Part shown: piece after piece, positions 13,040 through 24,148 of the stretch | Layout: the number at the start of each line of letters is the position of its first letter | Position numbering within the stretch: the stretch's first letter is position 1 | From: Chromera velia | Taxonomy: Eukaryota | Direction of reading: 5' to 3' | Assembly: GCA_018398765.1 (NCBI GenBank) | Contig: JAHBMJ010000301.1 | Location: 1-51,211 of the forward strand | Length of the DNA: 51,211 nt | Notes under the pieces: model-generated | Database searches by the model: none | The model's input: the letters and a program-made list of their open reading frames with translations, nothing else | Told to the model about the DNA's origin: nothing | Position numbers and translations under genes: made by a program

Positions 13040-14245
13040 AGACTCTCCTAAAAAATATAAATAAAGATTATGAAATGTGACCCGAGGTATGACCGCGTCT
13101 AGAAATGCCTTCTACATCATGCCGGTGACTTTGTGGGCAACACTGGATGCAACATATACATTAAGAATAATGCATGCATTAAACAAAAACACCCTACAAG
13201 TAAATTTGAAAGTAGATTTGAGTAATTTAGATGAGTAGTAATTTAAAGTAATTTACTAAGTTAGCTAAGCAATTTAAAGTAGTTTATAGAGTATAATTTA
13301 GAATAGTACTACACAGTACGGTTAGGAGTTAGTACCGAGTTACTACCGGCCCCTTTTAGCCAGTAGTGAGTTACCGTTAGTTTGATAACCATGAGATGGT
13401 AACCAGCGGACTTGAAGGCGTGTACCACTACCATGGTAGTTTAAGAAAAAACTCTGGTAAAAACAGTTGCTAGACCCATTTTAAAGCCTGACTACTTAAC
13501 TTATTAGCAATTCAAGTTTAAAGCCCTGAAATGATTATACTCAAATAATATAGGCTATACACAATAATATAGTAATTATACTTCAGTCATAAAATGATAA
13601 ACATTGAAAAACATTGAGTTTTATTATAGAATGAACTTTTAATGAATGCCAAAAATATGATTTTTACTGGTATAAAATTGGTTTTGTAGGTTAAGTTTGA
13701 CTCAAAATATGGCCAAATCTGCCTGTTTTTAGCTACTACCGCTATCATTGGAACACTACTACCATAATTACAAAATTAGTAACCGGGCAGCTTAGCGGCC
13801 GCCTAGTGACCATCCTACTTTCGTTACTCCTAACCGTACTATGTAAATAGTACTAGGAATAGTAAACTAAAGCAATTTAGAAGACTCCGATAGGAATCTA
13901 AATTAGAAAAAAAAATTAAATTACTAGATGAATAATGAATTGATTGATTAATTAATTAATTGGTTCTGCACTAGGCTTTCCCGCTATGTTTAGGTGTCGA
14001 ATTGAATTAAATTGAGGCGGTTAAAGCCGGTGAGCCACTACTTAGGCTCTAACCAACCACGGGGCATATGACATGCAATGTTAGTGTGTTGATCTTTTTC
14101 CGTTTTTGACCTAGTGCAGTGACTCAATCACATGTGGCAATTAACATGAAATCACGCCAATTTGGCTATACATTCCTCATTTAGAAAGTACTGGTCACAT
14201 TAGAATTTAGAAATTTAGAAGTATATCAATGTTCACTTTTAAATT
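13040..14245. other. AT-rich, TpA-rich island of decayed transposon-like DNA
   Basis: Abrupt composition change, no ORF of 60 aa or more in the track, degenerate ~10-bp AGYAATTTAR repeats, and an embedded TIR element. Confidence 0.7.
13312..13843. mobile_element. Non-autonomous TIR element (MITE), ~530 bp
   Basis: Left end CACAGTACGGTTAGGAGT; right end ACTCCTAACCGTACTATG (reverse complement CATAGTACGGTTAGGAGT, 17/18 match). Flanked by TA on both sides (13310-11, 13844-45). No coding capacity. Confidence 0.75.
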
Positions 14246-14414
14246 GATGTTTTGAACAATGTTTTCTGCGCATTCATCGACAATTTTTCGAGATCTCACA
14301 GCTCTCTCTACCAAGCTATCGGGTCCGTGGTACTGACCAACTACTCGAACTTGAACCCCCTTTTCTGTACCTTTTTAAGAGTCAAAACATCGTCACACAC
14401 TGACGTCATCGACT

Positions 14415-14823
14415 CTAAGGAAGAACGAATCTTCCTCTGAAGAAATTCCATCTCCACTGATTCTCCAGTCCATGCGCTGATTGGATTTCGGTTGGAGTGT
14501 GAAATGAATCTGTAGGATTTTTCTCTTTCTCATTGTCTCCCCGGTCCTGCAGCAAGTTCCGAGAAACTGCCAGAGAGAGATGGGACCTCTCTTTTTTCAG
14601 CCTGCCCGAAGAATCGGATTCCCCCAGTGAATCCCTTCTGTAACCCCTCCGGGTGGTGCCCGACAGAGACAGAGCGCGTCTGCTGGCAAACCCGAGATCA
14701 TCAAGGAGGAACATCGCACCCCCAATGGAGAAGGCAGGAGGAGAGGGGGGAGAGACGGATCATGAAAATGCCAATGACGCCAGGAATGACAGTGTGAATG
14801 ACAAGAGGCTTTAGAAGGGAAAG

Positions 14824-14824
<1 letters not shown>
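14415..14824 (-). pseudogene. Possible frameshifted coding exon of an unresolved gene
   Basis: After a (GT)n-GCAG acceptor it reads LSLLKPLVIHTVIPGVIGIFMIRLSPLSSCLLHWG. Removing one G from the G5 run at ~14719-14723 would join it to AMFLLDDLGFASRR... (ORF 14415-14714). No recognisable homology. Confidence 0.2.
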
Positions 14825-14863
<39 letters not shown>

Positions 14864-14946
14864 GCATAGATGAAATAAAACTGATCTATGTAGAGATATT
14901 TATGCAATCTATTTATTTCGTTTGTCATCACTCTGTCCTTCGATCT

Positions 14947-14983
<37 letters not shown>

Positions 14984-17064
14984 CAGGCACGCAGGCAGAT
15001 TGCATGCTTTCCTTTTTCTTCTTTTCACAAACAGACAGGCAGACCGGCAGGAAGGCACACCAACATCCAGCCAATGGAAGAGAACGGACCCCGAATTCTT
15101 CATTCCTCTTCTGAGTCGGAATCGTACCCCTGGAGTACGCCGAGTCGGACCGGGGCGCTCCCTGCCTTGCTCGACGACCTGCATGCACCACACAGGGGTG
15201 CACAGCTGTCCACACTTCGAGAGAGACTGCTTCATCAAGACAAAGGAACATTGAGACAGGACACAGTAAGAGTGTTGGACAAACACACACACACACACAC
15301 ACAGAGGCTGAAGGGGGTGCGACGGGGTGCTTCTTCCCCTCTCCGCACGCCCGAGGGCCTTCAAGTTGCCGATGAGGTTGTGGGTGCATGCGAGGGAGGG
15401 AGAAAGGGGGGGAGGCACACAGAGAGAACAGAAGTTAACCGTTGCAAGGATCACATAATCTTTTGTTCCTCATTTTGGCGGACGACTTTGCCTGAGCAAG
15501 ACTTCGACATGAATTCCAACTGCATGCAGAAAAGGAAAGGTCTCTGGAAGGTAATCGCCATGCATCGATTGGCCTTTTCATTCGTGCCCTGCATGGGCAT
15601 GCAGAAGGAATAGAAGAGCGTCGAAGCTGTGCACAGACAAAGAGACATGGGTTGGATCCGGCGTTCAAGAACTCACTGAGTGTAATCAACAGAGAGCCCA
15701 AAAGCCGCCAAATGGCATCATGAAGCGGTGTGATCCACATCACTCGCCAATTAATTACCCAACTGCATGAGGAGTTTGTTACTCACATGGATCCGTGCGC
15801 CGACAAAACATCCTCACGTTGGTCACAGAAAGAAGAGACGCGAGAACTGTCTTGCAGACTGACTTTCTTTCTTTCGTTTTCGCCAAGAGCAGGGGAAGGG
15901 GGTAGAACGACTCGCGTACCTGCACCACCCTCATCCCCCAACCCCCTCCCCTTGAAAGACCTAGCTGGCCGTCGCACCCCCTTCAAATTTCACGCACTCA
16001 GACTAAACAAGCACTTCTAGGGGGAAACATTTCAGACAGAAGAGAAACTGATACAATTTACGAAGGCTGTGGTGCTGACCTGCTTGGCTTCTTGTGTGTG
16101 AGTTCCTCTGTGTTGTCGTGCTGCAACGGCACGCATTGCAGAAAGAAACGCAAGAGCACATGCACAGTCTGCCAAACAAGTCAGTCAACCCTTTCAAATA
16201 GATCCCTGCTGGGGGGAAGAAAAGACATGCAGGAGACAACAGCCAGCCACTAATTGAATCTCCATTGCAAAGAAAAGAAAAGAAAATGCATTTGAAGGAG
16301 GAGCAGCAATTTCTGCGCGAGAGAGATCTCCGAGACCGAGGAAATATGTATAGACTGAAAGATACGATCAAAGATGCTGGTGGCGGAAGGTGGAAGACAA
16401 ATGGAATCAAAGAAAAAAAGCTCCGCACAAAATTGATGAAAGTGGAAAAAAGGGAATGCCGAGTGAGCGGAAGCACATGCCCATCTTTGCATACAAGTCC
16501 ACAAAAAGACCAACTGCTTTTCTGTCCCTGCTCCTTGATCTCGACCGACTCCTTGCTCGCTTCCCAGGCTCCCTTTCCTGCAAAATCACAATCTCGGTAT
16601 AGAAGCTCATTTTTGGTCTCAAGGCAGGCGTCTCTTTCCACAGGTATTCATGCAACTGTCTACATGCATAATTTTGCTGTCATTGTCGGACCTGCACGAC
16701 CTCAAAAAAGAAAAAGGAAAGAAAGAGGGGGAAAAAGGATGTGAGATCGATCCACATCTTCTCTGCATGATCCAACAATCTTGATCCAAAACGCTGCGGG
16801 GGAAGAGTTGGAGCTCGAGACTTTCGTGGAGCCAGTTTCGGTGGGTGCGGGCAGAAATCAGTTGGATGGACGCGGAAGGTGGAGAGCAGAGGGTGACCGA
16901 CTGAAAAAGGGGGGGGGGGGAGGAAGAGAAGGAGAAAATTAGGTACGCGACAACGAAGGTAGGCCCATCAGTGCCTTCATCCTTTGATTCTTCTGTCACT
17001 TACTTTGATTCTTCTGTGAGTGGGCACGTCTCACAACAACGTGCATGTGTGCCTTCCCTTCCCT

Positions 17065-18656
17065 TCACAAAGAAGAAGAAGAAGAAGAAGAAGAAGAAGA
17101 AGATTTGGACTCGGCCACCCTCGGTCTCTTCTTCGGCGGTTCCCAGTCGGAGTCATCGTCGTCGCCATCATACGCGTCTTCGTCATCCTCAGTGTCATCC
17201 TCATGATCCTCAACCTGGGTGACCGTACCAGGCTCGGCAGCCCGTTTGGCTTCCCAGGCCTTGGCGGCGATGGAAAGGAAGAGACTCAGTACGTGTCCCT
17301 GTCCTGCCTCTTTCCCGTCTCCCTCAACCCCATCCTCTGCATCCGCAACGACTCCAGAGTCCTCCTGACAACTTTTCTCCCTCTCTCCTTCCACCGAGCA
17401 CTCCTTCGACGCGTAAACAGTGCGCCTGTGTCTCCCCTGTCTCTTTCTCTGTCTGTGTCGGACTCCTCGCACGCAAGCCGTGCGGGCTCAGCGTCCCTGT
17501 TCTGCTGCATTCGAAAGAAAAGAAAACAGAATTAACATGGAAGCATCGCTGTAGATTGTCAAAAGCTCCAGCAAAGACACTGACACATAGACAGCCGTCC
17601 ACGTTGTCGAAGAAGCTCAAGAGAGGACAGAGGACACCGTGGAAAGAGCAGAGACAAATTCAAAACAACCACGGCTGTAACATCGACAGACCAACAAAAG
17701 CTGAAGAGGCAAAGCCACTGAGCATGGGGGTGAAAAGAGACGAATCGAAGCCATCTTCCTCCCTCTACTGTCCTGCTACTGCAGCTGCGGCCCCCCCATT
17801 GAAAGGACGCGGCCGTCATTGCTGTCGGGAGAGGGGCAGAAGCCGCATTCCGGATGGTTGCGCATGCAGAGGGAGAGAGAGAAATTAAGACACCGAAAGA
17901 GAGAGGGAGGGAGAGAGGAAGGGAGAGAAAGGAGGCAAATCCAGAGTTTGCATGGCGACTTGCCTGACCAGCCTGAGTTTGTCTTTGATGAATAAGAGGT
18001 CCTCGCGAACTGCTTGCCCCCCTCGGATTGCGTTGAGCCTGTAGACGTCTTCCAGGCACGTTAGCTGCCCCCAGGGCTCCTGCACATCAAAGAGAAAAAA
18101 AAACAGATTTATCAAGAATGAATGCTAGAAGGTGTCGATCATTCAATCAATGAAATACCACTCTGAGAAGGATTTCTGCAAATTACATACACCAGGTGGT
18201 GGAGCGGCATCGAAGAAAGCGAGAACATTGAAGACGTCGACCAAGGATCTCTTCAAGTAGGGGCCCTGTTGATATAGGCTTGTGAATAAGGCGTGTATGG
18301 ACAAAGAGAGACTTGAGGACGAACAGACAGACACCATTACTGAAAAGGAGAACCGCTGGGAAGACTGCCTGATAAATGGATGGACGGAAAGAGAGACGAA
18401 GCGGACACTTTCAGCTCACGCTTTTTTTCTTTCTTCGTTCTCGCCTACCAAGGAGCAAGACTTACACGTAGACTGAAGAAGGCCAATGGGCGTACACAGA
18501 GAAACGCGGATTCTACTGGACAGAAAGACCCACAACCATAGAGATATATACACAGAGAAAGAAAAGCTGAAGAAAACCGACCTTGTCCGCACTGTCAAAA
18601 TTTCTTACTTCCCCCTTAGGACCAGGAGGGGGAAGATCAAGGGGAGTCAGGGACAT
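17065..18656 (-). CDS. Multi-exon hypothetical protein with acidic tract, NLS-like PPKKRPR and poly-Ser tail (likely nuclear)
   Basis: Phase-0 exons MSLTPLDLPPPGPKGEVRNFDSADK (18656-18582), GPYLKRSLVDVFNVLAFFDAAPPPG (~18265-18191) and EPWGQLTCLEDVYRLNAIRGG...KLRL (~18079-17969). The terminal exon encodes VEDHEDDTEDDEDAYDGDDDDSDWEPPKKRPRVAESKSSSSSSSSSSL*. Middle junctions are unresolved. Confidence 0.55.
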
Positions 18657-18874
18657 CCGGGGAGGGGCTGGCTGTATATTGGTGGAGATGGAGATTGCAT
18701 GCACAGACTGCAGAGAGCTCTAAGGCAGTTTTGGACAAGATTCTGAACTTAAGTGAGTCTGGACGGTCCCGAGCATTCACCTGGTGGGTGACTCTGTCTC
18801 CTGAGTGTCTTAATTCCGTGAATCCGCTGTCCAAGAGGAAACATGCAAACAGCTAGATCGAAGCTGCACTGCCC

Positions 18875-19012
18875 TGCATGCAGACGATCTGCGTTATTGA
18901 TCGATGCATGCACGCCTGCATGCATGCATGCATGCATGCAGTTTGAGGATTAAAAAACAATATTTTTTACCCGCGTAAAAAACAAGTTTGTTCGCGCGCA
19001 TTCGCGCGCGAC
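18875..19012. promoter_or_regulatory. Putative promoter with (TGCA)n tract and TTCGCGCGC repeats
   Basis: tgcatgcatgcatgcatgcatgca at ~18917-18940 and ttcgcgcgcattcgcgcgcg at 18991-19010, upstream of the minus-strand gene. Confidence 0.5.
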
Positions 19013-19810
19013 GCTCCTAGCGACGCTGTCTCCATGTTTTTTTTTTAGAAAAACATTTTGATTTGTAGTTCTCTGAGCAGACTCTTTGATCCCGGCTTTG
19101 TCGTGGCAAGCTCAGCCACACCGTCGAAAGTCTCCCTGATCTAGCTGAAAATCATCGTCACGCTCACTCTGAGACTCTCCGTGCATTCTTTCAGCAGTTG
19201 CTGCTCGGATCTCCTCGTGAGGAAAGAAAAAGGAACAGAGAGAACTCAAAGTAAGAACCTGGTGCCCAAAAAAACAGAAAAAAAATTTAATTTAAAGGGG
19301 GGCTTTCACTTGAGTGACGTGAAGTTGAGTCCAATCGGCATCTTTAGTAAAAATGATTCTAAAGTCAGAGAGCAAACCAATTTTGTATAGAAAGAATGTA
19401 AAGCTTTGTGTATGTATAGTAGAACACATTTGTGGATGCCTATCTCACCTAGTCTCACACACAAAAGGACAAAGAATTTTGACTTATTTTGACTAGACTT
19501 TAATTATTTTGGTCACTTCAATAATTTAGTTCATGTATAACCTTGGTATACTTACGCAAGACCACTAGATGTATGTTGGTGTTTCTTTCCGTCACTATTT
19601 GTTGATAGCTACTAGTTACTTCAAGTTATTCTAGGACCAAAAAGGACAAAACGACAAAGCTGGACAAAGTATCATAAAAAATATAGATAACGGTTAAAAT
19701 AACTAAACTGGCTCGTCCCGGGAGTCGTCCGTTACCGTTTACTACCGTCTACCACTGTACGCCCATTTTAGGGCCATTTATGGGCGAATAGCCATGATAT
19801 TTGACTAGCC

Positions 19811-22800
19811 GTATGATTTAGCGTATGAGCATGGTTGCAGTCTGGTTGAATTGTAAAGGAGTACAAAGGGGACTGCAGCCTTGGTTGTCCTCAAAAGAGT
19901 TTAAGAAGGAGTTTGAGGAAGCAGACATTATTTTTCTGAACGAGACATGCTCTTCTTTAAGAGAGTGCCAGACAGTAACAGGAAAGAAGACTGGAGTCAA
20001 CTACCCACTGATAATGAAATTGGGGGAGCAGACAGTAAACACGGGCGGGGTTACTATGCTTCTTAGCTATAGGAGAAGGAGTGCAGGTTGGGAAGAAGAC
20101 AGACTGAGCGGGGCCACGGGGATGGTACAGAATCTAAATCCACAAAAAACCCTGCTGTGTGGAGTATATGATCCCGCCGCACGTACTACGTACTGTGACG
20201 AAACTTTGATTACAGATCTGAAGGAGTGCATGGAAGAGAAAAGAAGAAAAGGGGGCGGGGAAAGGGGTAGGGTATATGTTGGAGGAGACTTCAATGCAAG
20301 GATTGGAAAAGAGGCTCCAAAGATTCTCTTTGGGGAAGATGTCGGGGTTGGGGAAGTGGAAGGGAGGGGACAGAAAAGAGAGAGTTGTGAGCCTGTTAGG
20401 CAGTCCTAAGATCTGATAGTGAACGAAAAGGGGAGGAGACTGATTTTGTTCTGCGAAGAAACAGAGATCGTACCGCTTAACGGCCTGCGTCAGTGCAAAG
20501 TCGAGAGGGGAGAGGAAGAGAAGTCATTTAACTTCGATGGGTCGTTCACTTTTTCTGGTCTTAGGAGGGATGCATTTACAGTAAATGATTATATTTGTGT
20601 TTCGCCTGAACTTCTTCTGTTTGTTCATGCTTTTTCTGTGAAGGAAGTGAATTCGGTAAAGACTGACCACGCCACACTTTGGTTGCACCTGCGCTTGCGA
20701 GAAACAAAAGATAAGAAGAGGAGAAAGAGGACAAAGAAAGAGAGGGAGCTGCCAGAGCAAGACTAAATTCAAAAAAGATGGTGGAGACCCTTACCAGAGA
20801 GAGCAGAAAAGAACTTCTTGTCAGCGCTGGAAAGAAGATTAGACAACGAAGGAGTAAAAAGAGAAATGAGCAAGATGATAGACGTTCAGAAAGGAGTTCG
20901 GGTAATGGAAGAGACACTAGATAGACCATACAGGAAGCTGAAAAAAGCAGTAGAAGAGGAATACAAGAAAGCGTGCAAGAAAGAAAAGAAATGCAGAAGA
21001 GGGACAAACGTTAAAGAGGATGACACACCAGAGATAATAATCAAGAGGAGAATCAAACAAGTGAAAAAGATCGAATCACAGGCAGGAAAAAAAGTAAGAG
21101 ACGCCAAAAAGAAGCTCGACGAAGAAAAGATAGAATCAGCAGAAAGAGAATTGAAAGAAGCAAAAGAGGCTTTGCACTCAGCAAGCAGGGAGAGAAGAAG
21201 AACGATGAGAAAAGAGGAGGCAAGGCAGAGATTGAAAAGAATAGAAAGAATCACAAGTCAGCTGGCAGAGAAAGGAAGAGAATGGAAGGTATGGAACCAG
21301 CTGAGCAAAAAGAAAGAGGTAAGAAAGGAAGATGCGCTGACTGAAGAAGAGATAACAAGGGGGTGGGAAAAACAGTGGAAGAAAGATGAAAACGAAGACG
21401 CAGAGGAAGAAATTATGGAAACCGTCTCACGCATCTTCAAAGTGCTGACAGAAATAAAAGAATGGAGGATAGACACAAAAAAGGTGCGTGAAGGATTGAA
21501 AAAGAACGGAAACCCTAAGAAAGCGGCAGGAAAAGATGGCATACCTCCGGGTGTGCATGGTGTAATGGCAAAGTCGGCAACAGTGGTCGAGTATTACCAT
21601 GCATTAATAAATGTGTGTGCTCGTTTCGCATGGTGGCCGTCTGGATGGAATGATCTCGTGATCTCCACACTTCCTAAACCAGAGAAGCCGCAGAACATTC
21701 AAAAAGGATGGAGACCAATCCACTTAGACTCAGCCGATACGAAATGGGGGGAGTTGTACGTGAGGGATGCGGTAGAGACAGAGGGAAGGGAGAAACGGAA
21801 CCATGTGCAGTTCGCCTACAGTAAAGGGGTGGGAACCTTGAATGCAATTTTTCTTTTGCTTCAATCGATCGCTTGTCTCAAGATTTTTTTTGTTTCTTTT
21901 ATTGATTTCATAAGTGTATTTGATGAAGCATCTCATAGTAGAATGCCTGAACAGTTGAAAAAGCACGGGGTGCGGGAAGAGACCATTAAGTGGGTATGTG
22001 AGTCGCTGCGAAATATCAGAGCAAGGGTGAAGGGGAGTGATTTCTGGTTTCGGAAAGAAAAGGGGTCAAAGCAGGGAGGTCCGGCAGGACCTTCTGTGTT
22101 TAAGGGATATACAAATGACATGCCAGCAGACATTAGGAGGAGGGCAGGCCTCACCGGGAGGGGTCCCAAGCTCCAGAAAGGCCCCGATCGTGCGCAAGAG
22201 AACTTCCCTGTCGGGCTTTTTACTGACAACACATACCTTCAGTCGATAGAGGCAGAGGAGATGGAAAGGCTTTTGAAGGCACTGGAGGAGTATGCGAGGC
22301 CTTTGAAGCTCCTTCTGTCAGATAAGTCAAGAAGAATGAAGTTTGGACAGAAAGCGGGAGAGAGAAGAAAGCGATTCACGTTGGGTGGGGCAGAGTTAGT
22401 TCAGGCAAGCGAATACCCGTACCTTGGCCTTCTTTTAACAGAAGATTACTCCACAGATGCAATGATGAGAGAGAGAATGATTAAGGCAGAAAGACTCTTT
22501 TTTGCATTGAAAAGTAAGATCAGTGCAGGAGGAGAGATCCCACCTGCAACTTGTTTTCAATGGTTCAGGCAGACAGTATGTGCAGTTTGGTCATACGGCT
22601 GCGAAGTACATTCACACTCGCAGGAAGCGTTTGCAGAGTTTGACAGACTGCAAAGAAGATTCATTCGATGAGTGCTGCAACTGAGAGAGAAAGAAAGCAT
22701 ACTCACCATTTTCTTTGAGGCAGGCCTTCTTCCTATCGATCTGGTGGTTGCACAGAGAACCTTGATGTGGACAAGGAAGGTAATCCAAAAAGGAAGAGAC

Positions 22801-24148
22801 ACACTGACAGGCCATGCACTCATTCAATCATTGCAGGAAGGAGTCGATTCAGAACTGAGAAGAAGGAAGCTTCACCCCTTTCACCTTTTCCCCCACTTAA
22901 AGAAATGTGTCGAAACACTTTTCACAGAGACAAGAAGCCATCCCTTCCAGATAGGAAGAGAACCAGAAGCTGCAGGCAGACAACCTTCCTTTGAAAGAAG
23001 AGATAGAATAGTAAAGTGGATAGAAGTGCTGAAAAAGGAACAAATTACAAAGAGGAAAAAGGAAGCATTTGCAGAGAGAGTTGAGAGGTCAGTGCAGAAA
23101 AGAGGAAGGGCCGAAAGGGAAGAGCTGAGAGAAGGCATCATACATCCTATCCATGCATCTCTATCCAACGGAAATCGCCTAAATCTGTGGCTTCACAACA
23201 GCAAGAATAGAGAAGATACAGACAGAAGCATTTCATTAGATAGAGATAAGATAGGGAGAACTCCCGTCTGCTGCACAAAGATAGCTCCCTGGCCTGTCCA
23301 CAGAAGAAGGGCTGCATTTCGGGTGAGAGAGAGAAACTTAAAGGTAAACAGGGGGAAGTTCTCAGCAGAAAGAGACAGGGGGACCCCATTGACAGAAAAG
23401 AAATGCATGGTTTGCTCTGACCTGCTTGACATTCAAATAGTCGAAGATGAAATCCATGTGCTGACTGAATGCCCTCTGCATGATGGAGAGAGGGCAGACT
23501 GCTTGCAAGCTTTGATGACACATTGGAGTTCGGTGAAAGGGAGAGAGGAGAGAGCTGCAAATAGCAGCAGATGGAAAGTGGGTGGTGAAGGGAAGGTAGA
23601 CAAGATTACTCTATTCTCTTTTCTTTTGAATGAGGCCGACAAGAATGTCGATACCTTTCTGAAAGACATCATGATGAAAAAACAGGTAGTGAGAGAATGG
23701 AAAAGAAAAAAGGGAGACAATTTGAGTCAAACTTTAGGAAGAGAGTTAGATAGGCTGCATCAAGAGACTTAGAAAAGTGAGAAAGAAAGAGAGGGAAGAA
23801 TTAAAGAGCATGAAAGGGTGTGGAGTGATACAAAGAAAGCAAAAGAGGAGGGAAAAAGGAGGAGGATGGGATGTTGGGAGGTTTTGGAACTCGCTTCGAG
23901 CCGTTCATCTGCAATTCTGGGATCGTTCCCTTTCAAACCCTGCTTTGGAATGGAGTGAGCCCTCTCGCATACACACGCAGGTGATTGACTGTTCAATGTG
24001 ATCCGTTCACGGCACAGGCAAGACGTGTGCGGGCCGGCCAGGGAGGTCTAATGCGTCTAGGCGCTTTCCCTGGAAGCCGCACGTCGGACATTCGGCATTG
24101 GGGCGGGGAGCCAATCCTTCGGACATTAATCCTAATCCTAATCCTAAT
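19811..24148 (+). mobile_element. Non-LTR retrotransposon (LINE), RTEX/RTE-like, single ORF, decayed
   Basis: APE endonuclease motifs (WLNCKG, DIIFLNET, GVYDP, GGDFNARIG, VNEKGRRL...PLNG, SFTF, NDYICVS, TDHATL); RT motifs (KAAGKDGI, LPK...WRPIHL, QFAY, FIDFISVFD, KGSKQG, LFTDN for FADD, YPYLG); C-terminal CxxC...EDEIHVLTECP zinc knuckle; 3' UTR hairpin and (TAATCC)3 tail. The 5' boundary is approximate. Confidence 0.9.
19825..23772 (+). pseudogene. LINE ORF2 (endonuclease/reverse transcriptase) with three in-frame stops
   Basis: Track ORFs starting at 19825, 20419, 20818 and 22672 are all in the same frame, separated by TAA 20407-09, TAA 20764-66 and TGA 22669-71. The catalytic motif reads FTDN (22219-22230). 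Confidence 0.88.

Noticed and set aside
15000..16950. Possible exons (RSRSRSRSRDRK at ~16520-16580; plus ORFs 15074-15613 and 16265-16744)
   Set aside because: Strand and frame are ambiguous and no consistent gene model emerged.
19825..23772. Stop-codon readthrough or an alternative genetic code in the LINE ORF
   Set aside because: The stops are of two types, host genes here end with standard TGA, and the catalytic motif is also mutated, so decay is the simpler explanation.
23940..24125. Possible HDV-like ribozyme at the LINE end
   Set aside because: I could not place the nested double-pseudoknot elements. Simple hairpins explain the pairing, and such ribozymes normally lie at the 5' end.
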